A stretch of DNA of 64,000 bases from Bacteroidales bacterium (GTDB lineage: Bacteria; Bacteroidota; Bacteroidia; Bacteroidales; UBA12077). How positions within the stretch are numbered: position 1 is the stretch's first letter; each line of letters begins with the position of its first letter. Position numbers and translations under genes: made by a program. Of this stretch, positions 1 through 10,461 are shown in pieces. The DNA is taken from assembly GCA_021108325.1 (NCBI GenBank), contig JAIORB010000027.1:20469-84468 (forward strand), written 5' to 3'. Below the pieces are notes generated by a model. The model was not told the origin of the DNA, searched no databases, and saw only the letters and a program-made list of their open reading frames with translations.

Positions 1-2418
1 ATATTTTGATTCATCAATATCTGTTGAATTTACGAGTAAGTATATATTTGTTTCAATCTTATTGAAACTTGAAGCTATTTTTTCTATATCTACTAAAGTA
101 TGTTTAGTTGGTTCTTTTTCAGGATCAAGAAAACCAATAATATTTACTTGATCATTATGAATTGTTATTTCATTTTCCAATAGGTCTTTGAATTTTTCAG
201 GAAGCTGAATTTTAGCAATTGGTTTAAGGGATTCGGTATTCTTTCTGAGTTTTATTGTAATTTCTTTATGAATTCCTGCTTCTATATTGAAATATTGCAT
301 GGTAGTAAGAACAGTCCCACCTGGCTGTCTGTTTCCTGTTAAAAGAAGATAATTCCCGGTTTCTAATTCAAAAACTTCATTCATTTCACTAATTGGAGTA
401 TCCCAGCCATAATCTAAAGTATGATATTTCCCATCTTCGAATTTTGATAAAGCAAAATGAACCCTGTATTTTAAATCAGTATTGTTTTCTTTGCTATTTA
501 TCAGCTTTAATGTTCCGGTTTGTTTTATAATATCAGATTTAACTTCTTTAAAATTCACATCAGTCCATTTTTCTTTATAGTACTGTGGAGTTTTTGTTGC
601 CGGTTCAAGTCGTGAAGGTATTCCAAAGCTTCGGCAAGCTGCTACAAAAAATAAATCACGCGAATATTCATCCGCCTTTTTTAATTCATATACTCCTTTT
701 GCAGTAATTGGCACTCTGTAAAAGTTTTCATCTTTATAAATACTTATTTCTTTTGTAATCCAATTGCTTAAGTAAGTTATATCCTTTTTTGTATTTTCAA
801 TAAAGTCATTACTAAAAGCTCCTTGAAGAAATGCTTTATACGAAATCAGTTTTTCATTTTCTATCCTGGGATTAAGGATGTAATTCACAAATAACTCTCT
901 GTTTGTTTCTGGTAACTCTCCGGTAAAAATAAAGGAGTATTTAATATGAGAAAGTAAAATTTCAGATTTCCCGTCGCGTAAATCTTTAGGTGCAATTGCA
1001 TTAAGTACAGGAATTGTAAACTCATTGTTAATTTCGGCGGCTTTTTCTATAAAGTCAACAATTTCAGGATAATTACCACGGCTTTTTTCAATAAAATCCC
1101 AAACAACTAAAGGTTCAAACTTGTATTTTGTGGCAAGATTCTCAGCATCTTTTTTACTCATGAAAGTACTCGCATAAGTTTCGCGGATTGCATCTTCTTC
1201 TTTTAATCGTTTTTTATTTTCTTCTTTTCCTTCAGCTGATACTCCTTTTGGCTCTTTTTCAATTGGCGGAACAATATCAAAAAAATCTGTATATTCTTTT
1301 CCTGTGTGCGCTTGTAATTTTAAAATTACTGTATCAGTTTGTTCAACTGTAATTTTCTGATACGCGTAATTATTATTCTTGTATGCCCAAATTATCAAAT
1401 CGCCGAGTCCGGTCATTAATGATGCGAAGCCATTTTGATCTACTTGTTTTTTACCAATTGGATAAAACTCTGCATAATTATATAATTGAAATTCTACAGT
1501 AGCATCTTTTATAATTTCTTCGTTCTCGTCAATAACTCTGGCATAAATTGTTTTTACAGGAGCATAATTGCTTAGCATGTTAACCTTAGTATATTTTTCT
1601 TCTTTTCGAATAATTTCTTCCGCCCCGGAATATTTACCAAAAACATTAGAACTAACCATCATTGCTCTTAAAGCAGGAGCCGAAAACCATGCAATATCTA
1701 AATCCGGTGCCGGTTCGCAAGCACCAAGAAAGTGCCATTCACCATCAACCCAAACTTCAACCCATGCATGATTATCATCGCTATGTGCCCAGCGTGGAGT
1801 ATAACATTGGCGAGCAGGAATTCCTGCTGCACGCATTGCTGTTACTGTAAAAGTTGATTCTTCACCACATCTTCCGTAAGTTGATTTTATTACTCCTAAA
1901 GGAGAAATTGTTCGTATATCGGTTGGTTGATAAGTTATTTTTTCGTGACACCAGTGATTCACTTCCAGAATAGCTTCTTTTAACTCTAAACCATGCAGCC
2001 TTTCGCTTAATTCTTTATAAAATACGGCTCTTGAAGTATCTAAGTTTTCGTTGTTAACACGATAAGGTAAAACAAAATGTCTGAAAATATCTTCGGGAAT
2101 TTGACCTCCCCAATTGAATGTTTCACGGGTTTTCAGTGCCAGCCTGATGTTTTTCAAATAAAAATCACCATCGTAATCAGCTAAATCGCTTAAAGGCATA
2201 TAAGCATAAAGAAACATTAAAGCTTCTTTTTCTTCCAGACTCAAGTTTTTTTCAAAAACATTAAATAGTTCTGTTTGTCTGTTTGAAGCAAATTGTTTTA
2301 CTTTTTCAAAATCTGATTTTACAGTCTTTAAATATTCTTTATCGTTTATAAAATGAGATTGTCGAGTACATCCTGTAATTACTATAGTTACAAGAAGTAT
2401 AACAAGTGTTTTTTTCAT
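1..2418 (-). CDS. transglutaminase-like domain lipoprotein (first 806 codons; 3' end lies beyond the left window edge)
   Basis: Not in the supplied ORF track because it has no stop codon inside the window. My reverse-strand translation from ATG 2418-2416 gives MKKTLVILLVTIVITGCTRQ (signal peptide plus lipobox Cys). It continues into transglutaminase-core context YGRCGEESTF ... HSDDNHAWVEVWVDGEWHFLGACEP. Spot checks show the frame stays open to base 1 (last codons DIDESKY). Confidence 0.7.
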   Translation of the reverse strand, partial: MKKTLVILLVTIVITGCTRQSHFINDKEYLKTVKSDFEKVKQFASNRQTELFNVFEKNLSLEEKEALMFLYAYMPLSDLADYDGDFYLKNIRLALKTRETFNWGGQIPEDIFRHFVLPYRVNNENLDTSRAVFYKELSERLHGLELKEAILEVNHWCHEKITYQPTDIRTISPLGVIKSTYGRCGEESTFTVTAMRAAGIPARQCYTPRWAHSDDNHAWVEVWVDGEWHFLGACEPAPDLDIAWFSAPALRAMMVSSNVFGKYSGAEEIIRKEEKYTKVNMLSNYAPVKTIYARVIDENEEIIKDATVEFQLYNYAEFYPIGKKQVDQNGFASLMTGLGDLIIWAYKNNNYAYQKITVEQTDTVILKLQAHTGKEYTDFFDIVPPIEKEPKGVSAEGKEENKKRLKEEDAIRETYASTFMSKKDAENLATKYKFEPLVVWDFIEKSRGNYPEIVDFIEKAAEINNEFTIPVLNAIAPKDLRDGKSEILLSHIKYSFIFTGELPETNRELFVNYILNPRIENEKLISYKAFLQGAFSNDFIENTKKDITYLSNWITKEISIYKDENFYRVPITAKGVYELKKADEYSRDLFFVAACRSFGIPSRLEPATKTPQYYKEKWTDVNFKEVKSDIIKQTGTLKLINSKENNTDLKYRVHFALSKFEDGKYHTLDYGWDTPISEMNEVFELETGNYLLLTGNRQPGGTVLTTMQYFNIEAGIHKEITIKLRKNTESLKPIAKIQLPEKFKDLLENEITIHNDQVNIIGFLDPEKEPTKHTLVDIEKIASSFNKIETNIYLLVNSTDIDESKY

Positions 2419-2539
2419 AATGATTTTTTTCGGAATAGGATAAAAATACTTAAGATATTTTTAAATTAACATTTATTGAGTTCTTTTTTCGGAATCTGAA
2501 TTAACAACATTAAATTTGTTATATAATTATTGATTTTTG

Positions 2540-4639
2540 ATGAAATTAAGAATATCCATATTAACCGGTTTGTTTTTGTTGTTGTCGGTTTTAGTATTTT
2601 CCCAAAACGACAGCGCATTAGTTCCTGTTAAATATAAATTAGTTAAGCCCGTATCGCGAACAATACCAAATTATTCCGGCGATCTTCAAACGCAAACAGC
2701 TCGTTTAAAATCAGAAAAACAAATTAGGATTTTAGTTTTAGATCAGGATAATCAGCCTGGTAAAAATTTAGTTGTAAAACTTCAGATGTTTTCTGTTCCG
2801 GATGGCGATAAAAAATTTAAAATTATTGATACTCTTGCGTATACTGATACATTAGGAATTGCAGAAACATATGTTATTTTGGGCTCAAAAGAAGGAATGT
2901 ATGAAATTTCGGCTCAATTGGTAAAATATCCGGAAACTAATTTTTTGATTTATAAAGTTTTTGCACGGAAAACCAATTGGGTATTTCTTCTTATTGCCGG
3001 TTTAATTGGAGGATTGGGATTGTTCCTTTTAGGAATGAATATGATGAGTGACGGTATGCAAAATGCAGCTGGTGATAAAATGCGAACAGTTTTGAGTCAG
3101 ATTACGCACAATCGATTTATTGCAGTTGGAGTTGGAACATTTGTTACTATGGTTATTCAAAGTAGCAGTACCACAACGGTTATGCTGGTGAGTTTTGTTC
3201 ATTCTAAACTAATTAAATTTAAAAATACCATTGGCATAATTCTGGGAGCAGGAATTGGGACAACTATAACGGCACAGTTAATAGCATTCAAATTAACAGA
3301 CTATTCTCTTTTATTAATTGGAATTGGTTTTTTATTGAACTCATTTACTAAATCGGTATATATACGAAATATCGGCAAAACCATTTTAGGGTTTGGGATA
3401 TTGTTTTTTGGAATGCATATTATGTCAGAATCGATGTATCCATTGAGATCTTTCTCCCCTTTTATAGATTCAATAGTAAAACTTGAAAATCCGGTTTTGG
3501 GAATACTTATAGGTGCGGCATTTACTGCTTTAATACAAAGTAGTAGTGCATTTATTGGTATCATGATTGTATTGGCAACACAGGGCTTATTGAGTTTAGA
3601 AGCGTCTATTCCTTTGCTTTTTGGAGCAAATATAGGAACAGCAATTACGGCAATTTTAGCAAGTATAAAAACCGATCGTGAAGCAAAACAGGTTGCTTTA
3701 GCTCATACATTGATAAAAGTTATTGGTGTTCTTCTCTTTTTATTTTGGATTCCGCAATTTGCAAATATCGTTCGGATAATTTCACCTAAAAGCGTATTGC
3801 CTGATGGAGATTTTAATTCTTTAGCCGAAACGGTTCCGCGTCAGATTGCCAATGCACATACCGTTTTTAATATTGTTTTAACATGTTTAATTCTCCCTTT
3901 TACAAATGCTTTTGGAAAATTTATTGAAAAACTTCTTCCCGTAAAATTTGTTGAAAAACCAATTTTAAAACCGATTTATCTTGATTATGGAATGGTAAAG
4001 AATTCATCTTTGGCATTGAGCTTAGCAAAAAAAGAAACAATAAGGATGGGTAAGTTGGTTCAAAATATGACCGGAGATATTATTATTCCATATTTAGTTA
4101 AAAAAACAGAAGTTATAAATGAGATAAAACAAAAAGAGAAGGAGGTTAATTTTCTGCGTGATCAGATTAGTGATTATATATTGAAAATTACGCGCGAAAA
4201 CCTTAATGAAGAGCGTGTAAATGAATCATTCCAGTTACTATATGCGGTAAAAGAATTTGAACAAATTGCTGATATAGTATCTAAAAACATGATAAAAAAA
4301 GCGGCAAGATGGAGTAAAATGGATTTTGAATTTTCTGTTGATGGTAAAAATGAGATTATAAATTATCATACAAAAACCCAAAAACAGCTAAGCAGGGCAT
4401 TGGAAGTATTCGAAAATGTAAATTTGGAGAAAGCAAAAGCGATGAAAGAAAAATACCGACGATATCGAAATATGGAAATCGAATTAGAGAAGCAACATTT
4501 CAAAAGATTGCAGGATGAAATAATAGAAACAATCTCGAGTAGTAAAACACACGTTGAACTAATGACATATCTGAGAGCTATCAACGGTCATGCAACGAAT
4601 ATTGCCAGAATATTGTTAAAATGGCCGATAAAAAACTAA
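2540..4639 (+). CDS. Na+/phosphate cotransporter family protein with C-terminal PhoU-like region and an extra N-terminal secreted domain
   Basis: Two Na/Pi-cotransporter repeats (VIQSSSTTTVMLV and LIQSSSAFIGIMIV) in a polytopic membrane core, followed by a helical C-terminal part. The N-terminus has a signal peptide plus about 150 aa not expected for this family. ATG at 2540 sits directly after the TTG used by the track. Confidence 0.8.
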   Translation: MKLRISILTGLFLLLSVLVFSQNDSALVPVKYKLVKPVSRTIPNYSGDLQTQTARLKSEKQIRILVLDQDNQPGKNLVVKLQMFSVPDGDKKFKIIDTLAYTDTLGIAETYVILGSKEGMYEISAQLVKYPETNFLIYKVFARKTNWVFLLIAGLIGGLGLFLLGMNMMSDGMQNAAGDKMRTVLSQITHNRFIAVGVGTFVTMVIQSSSTTTVMLVSFVHSKLIKFKNTIGIILGAGIGTTITAQLIAFKLTDYSLLLIGIGFLLNSFTKSVYIRNIGKTILGFGILFFGMHIMSESMYPLRSFSPFIDSIVKLENPVLGILIGAAFTALIQSSSAFIGIMIVLATQGLLSLEASIPLLFGANIGTAITAILASIKTDREAKQVALAHTLIKVIGVLLFLFWIPQFANIVRIISPKSVLPDGDFNSLAETVPRQIANAHTVFNIVLTCLILPFTNAFGKFIEKLLPVKFVEKPILKPIYLDYGMVKNSSLALSLAKKETIRMGKLVQNMTGDIIIPYLVKKTEVINEIKQKEKEVNFLRDQISDYILKITRENLNEERVNESFQLLYAVKEFEQIADIVSKNMIKKAARWSKMDFEFSVDGKNEIINYHTKTQKQLSRALEVFENVNLEKAKAMKEKYRRYRNMEIELEKQHFKRLQDEIIETISSSKTHVELMTYLRAINGHATNIARILLKWPIKN

Positions 4640-4645
4640 AAAATT

Positions 4646-5827
4646 ATGAGTAAGTACAATTTAATTGAGGTGAAAAATAAAAATACACGGAAAGAATTTT
4701 TACTCTTACCTGTTCGGTTATATAAAAAAGAGAAGAGCTGGACTCGTCCTTTAGACCAGGATATAGAAAGTGTATTTGACCCTGTGAAAAACAAGCTTTT
4801 TCGAAACGGCGAAGCTGTTCGTTGGATATTAGTTAACAATAAAAACAAGATTGTTGGCAGGATTGCAGCATTTTACGATAAAAAAACTTCAGCTAAAAAT
4901 GATCAACCAACAGGAGGACTGGGATTTTTCGATTGCATAAATGATAAAGAAGCTGCATTTACGATGTTTGATGCATGTAAGAAATGGTTACAGGATCGTG
5001 AGATGGAAGCAATGGACGGACCTGTAAATTTTGGTGATCGCGATCGTTGGTGGGGATGCCTGGTTGATGGATTTGAATATCCTCCAAATTATTGTATGCC
5101 ATATAATTTTCCTTACTACAAAGACTTATTTGAAGCTTATGGTTTTAAAAATTATTTTAATCAATTTACATATTATAGGGCGGTAAATTCGAAAGGATTA
5201 AGTGATATAATTAAAGAAAAAGCAAATCGGCTAGAAAAAAATCCAAAATATCATTTTGAACATCTCGATAAAAAAACCCTGGAGAAATTTACGGAAGATT
5301 TTAGAACAGTTTATAATAAAGGCTGGGCAAAGTTCCCGGGTGTATCGGAAATGTCGAAAGTACACGCAAAAGGATTAATGAAAAGCCTAAAACCAATTCT
5401 TGATGAAAGACTTATGTGGTTTGCTTATTATGAGAACGAACCAATTGCATTTCTCTTGCAGGTACCGGAAATAAATCAAATAGTAAAATATTTGAATGGT
5501 AAGATGAACTTGTTTGGGAAGCTTAAATTTGTTTTTCTGAAATTAATTGGTAAATGTGATACTGCTCTGGGCTTGATTTTTGGGGTTGTGCCTGAACATC
5601 AGGCAAAAGGAATAGAAGGAGGAATAATTATGGCTTTTGCAAAAGTAGCCCTAAAAGAAAATTTCCCGTATAAACATCTCCAGTTTAACTGGATTGGCGA
5701 TTTTAATCCCAGTATGATGAAGGTATTCGATCAGGTTGGCGCAACGATATTAAAGACACATGTAACTTACCGGTATTTATTCGATAGAAACAAACCTTTT
5801 GAACGAGCTAAGAAAGTTAATATTTAG
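4646..5827 (+). CDS. conserved hypothetical protein, possibly GNAT-fold acyltransferase
   Basis: Clean 393-aa ORF 7 nt after the previous stop. The overall pattern recalls a conserved Bacteroidota family sometimes labelled N-acetyltransferase, but I cannot name a diagnostic motif. Confidence 0.35.
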   Translation: MSKYNLIEVKNKNTRKEFLLLPVRLYKKEKSWTRPLDQDIESVFDPVKNKLFRNGEAVRWILVNNKNKIVGRIAAFYDKKTSAKNDQPTGGLGFFDCINDKEAAFTMFDACKKWLQDREMEAMDGPVNFGDRDRWWGCLVDGFEYPPNYCMPYNFPYYKDLFEAYGFKNYFNQFTYYRAVNSKGLSDIIKEKANRLEKNPKYHFEHLDKKTLEKFTEDFRTVYNKGWAKFPGVSEMSKVHAKGLMKSLKPILDERLMWFAYYENEPIAFLLQVPEINQIVKYLNGKMNLFGKLKFVFLKLIGKCDTALGLIFGVVPEHQAKGIEGGIIMAFAKVALKENFPYKHLQFNWIGDFNPSMMKVFDQVGATILKTHVTYRYLFDRNKPFERAKKVNI

Positions 5828-5925
5828 CACGATTGTTAATAATTGCAATTTAGTTATCAAATAAGGATATATATACAATTGTAGGTTTTTTTAATAGATT
5901 TGTTCTTTAATATTAAAATATTTTT

Positions 5926-7131
5926 ATGCAATCAATTCGAGAATTATATAAAATTGGATTTGGACCTTCGAGTAGTCATACAATTGGACCTGTAAGGGCG
6001 GCAAATATTTTTATGGGTAAAAATCCGGATATTGAAAGATTCAGAGTTACTTTATTTGGGAGTCTGGCTGCCACAGGGAAAGGACACAATACGGATGTAG
6101 CCATTGAAAAGACTTTCTCTCCAAAAAATGTAAATATTATCTGGAACCCAAAAGAAGAATTGCCTTTACATCCAAACGGTATGTTATTCGAAGCTATAAG
6201 TGATGAAAATAAGGTTGTAGATGATTGGATTGTTTATAGTATTGGAGGAGGAGACTTGAGAGATGCTGAAGGAATTATAAATGATAAAATTGTGTATGAG
6301 CATAAAACTTTAGCAGATATTTTAGATTGGTGTAATAAGGAAGGAAAAACATTCTGGGAATATGTTGAAGATTGCGAAGGCCCTGAAATATGGGATTTTT
6401 TGAAGGAAGTTTGGGAAATCATGAAAGAAGCTATAGCAAATGGTTTAGATAACGAAGGAGTATTACCCGGAGAAATTAAACTTGCCAGAAAGGCCAGCAA
6501 TTATTATATGAAAGCGAAAAATTCAAAAGGAACCATTCAAAATCAAGGTTTGTTATTTTCGTTTGCACTAGCCGTTTCTGAAGAGAATGCTGCTGGCGGA
6601 AAAATTATTACTGCTCCAACATGTGGTTCCTCCGGAGTATTGCCTGCTATTTTATTTTATCTTAAAAGAGAAGAACATATAACTGATGCAAAGATATTAA
6701 GAGCTTTAGCTACTGCCGGTTTAATAGGAAATATAGTTAAACGTAATGCTTCAATTTCCGGGGCAGAAGTCGGATGTCAGGGAGAGATTGGAACTGCTTG
6801 TGCTATGGCTGCAGGAGTTGCTGCACAAATAATGGGAGGAACATTAAGGCAAATAGAATATGCTGCTGAAATGGGCTTTGAACATAATCTGGGTTTAACA
6901 TGCGATCCGGTTGGAGGGTATGTACAGATTCCGTGTATAGAGAGAAATGCAATAGCGGCAGGAAAAGCAATGGAATGTGCTGTTTATGCGTTATTTTCTG
7001 ATGGGGGACATAAAATTTCTTTTGATAAGGCAGTTGAGACTATGGTCGAAACAGGACGTGATATTCAAAGTGCTTATCGTGAAACAGGTATTGGTGGATT
7101 AGCAAAAAACTGGAAGCCATTTCAGGATTAA
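5926..7131 (+). CDS. sdaA: L-serine ammonia-lyase (iron-sulfur dependent L-serine dehydratase)
   Basis: N-terminal GFGPSSSHTIGP motif, APTCGSSGVLPA and CQGEIGTAC cysteine regions typical of Fe-S serine dehydratases. Confidence 0.85.
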   Translation: MQSIRELYKIGFGPSSSHTIGPVRAANIFMGKNPDIERFRVTLFGSLAATGKGHNTDVAIEKTFSPKNVNIIWNPKEELPLHPNGMLFEAISDENKVVDDWIVYSIGGGDLRDAEGIINDKIVYEHKTLADILDWCNKEGKTFWEYVEDCEGPEIWDFLKEVWEIMKEAIANGLDNEGVLPGEIKLARKASNYYMKAKNSKGTIQNQGLLFSFALAVSEENAAGGKIITAPTCGSSGVLPAILFYLKREEHITDAKILRALATAGLIGNIVKRNASISGAEVGCQGEIGTACAMAAGVAAQIMGGTLRQIEYAAEMGFEHNLGLTCDPVGGYVQIPCIERNAIAAGKAMECAVYALFSDGGHKISFDKAVETMVETGRDIQSAYRETGIGGLAKNWKPFQD

Positions 7132-7224
7132 TTTTGAACTTTTTTGTTATGATCTTGTTTGGTTCAATTATACCAATTAAAAAGATTGCATAAATTTATC
7201 TTGAGAACTCATAATTATTAATGT

Positions 7225-8040
7225 ATGATTAACGAAACCGTATTATTCGCATTTGGACTAACTTTATTTGCAGGTTTATCTACAGGAATAGGAAGCGCGT
7301 TAGCTTTTTTTACAAAAACAACAAATACTAAATTCCTGTCGGTTGCTCTGGGCTTTTCGGCGGGTGTAATGATTTATGTATCAATGATTGAAATCTTTTT
7401 TAAAGCTAAAGATTCTTTGGTAGCAGAACTAGGAGAAAAAACGGGTTCGTGGATAACTGTTGCTTCTTTTTTTGGAGGTATATTTTTTATAGCAATTATC
7501 GATAAGTTAATCCCTTCAATAGAAAACCCACATGAAATTCGAATGGTTGAAGAAATGGACGAAAAAGCAAAAAAAGAACATAAGAGTAAAAAACTTATGA
7601 AAATGGGAATGTTTACTGCTTTAGCAATTGCTATTCATAATTTTCCTGAAGGTTTGGCAACATTTACTGCCGCACTTACTGATCCTAGTTTAGGTATTGC
7701 AATTGCGGTGGCAATTGCTATCCATAATATTCCTGAAGGAATTGCTGTTTCAGTGCCAATTTATTTTGCAACAGGTAATAAAAAGAAAGCATTCTGGTAT
7801 TCGTTTTTGTCGGGTTTAGCAGAACCTGTAGGTGCTTTAATAGGTTATCTAATATTAATGCCATTTCTGTCTGATACTCTTTTTGGGATTTTGTTTGCAG
7901 GAGTGGCCGGCATTATGGTATTTATTTCTATTGATGAGCTTTTACCTGTTGCACGAGAATATGGTGAGCACCATTTGTCTATTTACGGTTTAGTATTAGG
8001 AATGATGGTAATGGCAGTTAGTTTGTTGATGTTTATATAG
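7225..8040 (+). CDS. zupT: ZIP-family zinc transporter ZupT
   Basis: Polytopic membrane protein with duplicated HNxPEG motifs ([20 protein letters not shown]). Confidence 0.8.
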   Translation: MINETVLFAFGLTLFAGLSTGIGSALAFFTKTTNTKFLSVALGFSAGVMIYVSMIEIFFKAKDSLVAELGEKTGSWITVASFFGGIFFIAIIDKLIPSIENPHEIRMVEEMDEKAKKEHKSKKLMKMGMFTALAIAIHNFPEGLATFTAALTDPSLGIAIAVAIAIHNIPEGIAVSVPIYFATGNKKKAFWYSFLSGLAEPVGALIGYLILMPFLSDTLFGILFAGVAGIMVFISIDELLPVAREYGEHHLSIYGLVLGMMVMAVSLLMFI

Positions 8041-8138
8041 AAAAAAGTATCAAGATGCGAGATAAGAGTATCAAGATATACTTAACCAAGTATTTTTTTT
8101 GATCTCAATACTTGATACTTGTATCTCAAAGCTAATAT

Positions 8139-9128
8139 CTAAAAAGGCTTAAACCCTATAATTTTTCTTACTTCTTTAATTGTTTTAGATGCGCTTTCTC
8201 TTGCTTTTTCCGCACCCATGTTTGCTACTTTCCTTAAATAATCGTTATCAGCAGAAATTTCCAGTATTTTTTCCCGAATAGGAGATGTGAAATTTATGAT
8301 ATCTTCGGCCAGCTGCTTTTTTAAATCACCATACCTGATTTCGCAATTAGCATATTTTCCTTTAAAAAAATCAATCGTACTTTTTTCTGAAACAACGTCC
8401 ATTAATGTAAATAAGTTTTGTATAGGTTCAGGCATTTCTGTATTCATTTCAGTGGGACCACTATCAGTAACAGCACGCATAACTTTTTTTCTAATATCTT
8501 TAGGATCATCAACTAGGTAAATTCCATTTCCTTCTGATTTTCCCATTTTTCCCGTACCGTCTAAGCCTGGAATTTTTATTAATGCCTGACCAAAATTATA
8601 TGGTTGAGGTTCAGTAAAATATTCAACTTTATACAAGTTATTGAAACGACGTGCAAATTTACGGGCCATTTCCAGATTTTGTTCCTGATCTTTTCCCACA
8701 GGAACTTTTGAAGCGTTATGAATAATAATGTCAGCAGCCATTAGAACAGGATAAGTTAAAAGACCCGCGTTTACATTTTCGGGCTGCTTTCGTACCTTAT
8801 CTTTAAATGATGTTGTTCGCTCAAGTTCCCCAACATAGGCATTCATGTTAAGAAGCAAATATAATTCTGTTACTTCCGGAACATCGCTTTGTAAGTATAA
8901 AGTAGCAACTTCCGGATCTAAGCCACAAGCCAGGTATTCTGCCAGAACTTGCTTAACGCTGCCATGTAAATCCCCCGGAGTGGGATGTGTGGTTAATGAA
9001 TGATAATCCGCAATAAAGAAAAAACACCTGTTCTCGTGTTGCATTTTTATGAAATTTTTTAATGCCCCAAAGTAATTTCCTAAATGTAGGTTTCCTGTCG
9101 ATCTAATTCCACTAACAACCGTTTCCAT
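8139..9128 (-). CDS. trpS: tryptophan--tRNA ligase
   Basis: Class I signature GNLHLGNYFGA (HIGH-like) and KMGKS (KMSKS); 329 aa is typical of TrpRS. Confidence 0.9.
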   Translation of the reverse strand: METVVSGIRSTGNLHLGNYFGALKNFIKMQHENRCFFFIADYHSLTTHPTPGDLHGSVKQVLAEYLACGLDPEVATLYLQSDVPEVTELYLLLNMNAYVGELERTTSFKDKVRKQPENVNAGLLTYPVLMAADIIIHNASKVPVGKDQEQNLEMARKFARRFNNLYKVEYFTEPQPYNFGQALIKIPGLDGTGKMGKSEGNGIYLVDDPKDIRKKVMRAVTDSGPTEMNTEMPEPIQNLFTLMDVVSEKSTIDFFKGKYANCEIRYGDLKKQLAEDIINFTSPIREKILEISADNDYLRKVANMGAEKARESASKTIKEVRKIIGFKPF

Positions 9129-9207
9129 AAAGATTTTATTTAATTTATTGATTGAATATAGTACTTTTACAAAAGTAAAAAATGTTTGTTAATAAAATAA
9201 AGTTAGT

Positions 9208-9444
9208 ATGGCTTTAGTTAGATTTTTATTGATATTATTCCTGATTTATTTTATTGTCAGAATTTTCACCCGATATATATTTCGATCTTATTTTAAAAAG
9301 ATGCAAGGTAATTTTGAAAATCAACAAAACCAACAAAACAACAAGAAAGAAGGTGATGTTACCATAAATACAAAATCCGGTAAGGGTAAAAAAATAGACA
9401 AAGATGAGGGTGACTATGTTGACTACGAAGAAATAAAAGAATAA
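9208..9444 (+). CDS. small membrane-anchored protein, DUF4834-like
   Basis: N-terminal TM helix, Q/N-rich linker and acidic tail (DYVDYEEIKE), an architecture recalled from the Bacteroidota DUF4834 family. Confidence 0.5.
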   Translation: MALVRFLLILFLIYFIVRIFTRYIFRSYFKKMQGNFENQQNQQNNKKEGDVTINTKSGKGKKIDKDEGDYVDYEEIKE

Positions 9445-9606
9445 TTTCTAATTAAATATCCATTTTCGAGGTATAATGTAAGTAAGCTATTGGCATTTTT
9501 TCCTTAATGGTCAGAATGTAGTACCCTGAATGCTAAACTTATAGGTTTTAAGAAGAGATCTCAAATATTATCCAAAATAGTTAGGTTTTTTTGATATAAA
9601 TCAGAT

Positions 9607-10077
9607 TTAAAAAAGTGTTTCATCAGAGTTTTCGTAAGCTTCATCAATTAATATATTTGATTTTTTAGATGCTTCAACAGCAAGCTGGTCACATCGTTCA
9701 TTTTCGGGGATATTGGCGTGTCCTTTTATCCAATGGAATTTTACCTGATGTTTTCTGTAAATTTTTAAAAATCTGATCCATAGGTCCGGATTTTTCTTTT
9801 TCTTAAATTGTTTTTTCTCCCAATCAAACACCCAGCCTTTTTCAACTGCATCGGCAACATATTTCGAATCAGTATAAATTTCTGCAGTACTGTTTTCAAA
9901 CTTTAAGGTTTCTAAGGCAACTATAACAGCTAATAATTCCATTCTGTTATTTGTTGTTTTTCTAAATCCTTCTGAAAGTTCTTTTCTGTGCTGTCCTGAT
10001 TTCATTACAATTCCGTATCCTCCCGGACCGGGATTTCCGCGGGCAGCGCCATCGGTATATATTATTATTTTAGACAT
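9607..10077 (-). CDS. rnhA: ribonuclease HI
   Basis: TDGAARGNPGPGGYG, NNRMEL, TDSKY, HWIKGH and NERCD catalytic DEDD context. Confidence 0.9.
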   Translation of the reverse strand: MSKIIIYTDGAARGNPGPGGYGIVMKSGQHRKELSEGFRKTTNNRMELLAVIVALETLKFENSTAEIYTDSKYVADAVEKGWVFDWEKKQFKKKKNPDLWIRFLKIYRKHQVKFHWIKGHANIPENERCDQLAVEASKKSNILIDEAYENSDETLF

Positions 10078-10404
10078 AAGTTTTATTTAAGGTATAAATA
10101 TAAAAAATATTAGTCCAATCTAAAAACCCTGCCAGAGTTAATCTTGTTGAAAATTCTAAATTATATTAAGCAGATTGTCAGTTAGTTAATACAACTCTGG
10201 CAGGGCTGATAATAAAAATAATGCTTAACAAAGGCTCTATGTCGAATAAGGTGGGTGATATTTATTTCGATATTAACTACTGATGTTATTTAGACAAAAC
10301 ACTCAATAAAAAAGTTAAAAGAAAGTCGAATATGCAGAAATAATAAAAATTGAATATTGTATGTTGGGTGTTGAATGTTTAATTCCTATAATGAAATTTG
10401 AGTA

Positions 10405-10443
10405 TAAAAAAATGGCAGGTTCAGAATATTCTAAACCTGCCAT
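10405..10443 (-). terminator. rho-independent terminator of the S46 peptidase gene
   Basis: 10-bp stem atggcaggtt / aacctgccat (10412-10421 / 10434-10443) about 20 nt after the stop. A run of 7 T follows on the minus strand (A-run 10405-10411). Confidence 0.7.
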
Positions 10444-10461
10444 GAATTATCTCGATTTTTT

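Noticed and set aside
1568-1850. Two plus-strand track ORFs (67 and 62 aa)
   Set aside because: They lie antisense inside the long minus-strand transglutaminase-like gene (1-2418), which has clear domain content. They are shadow ORFs.
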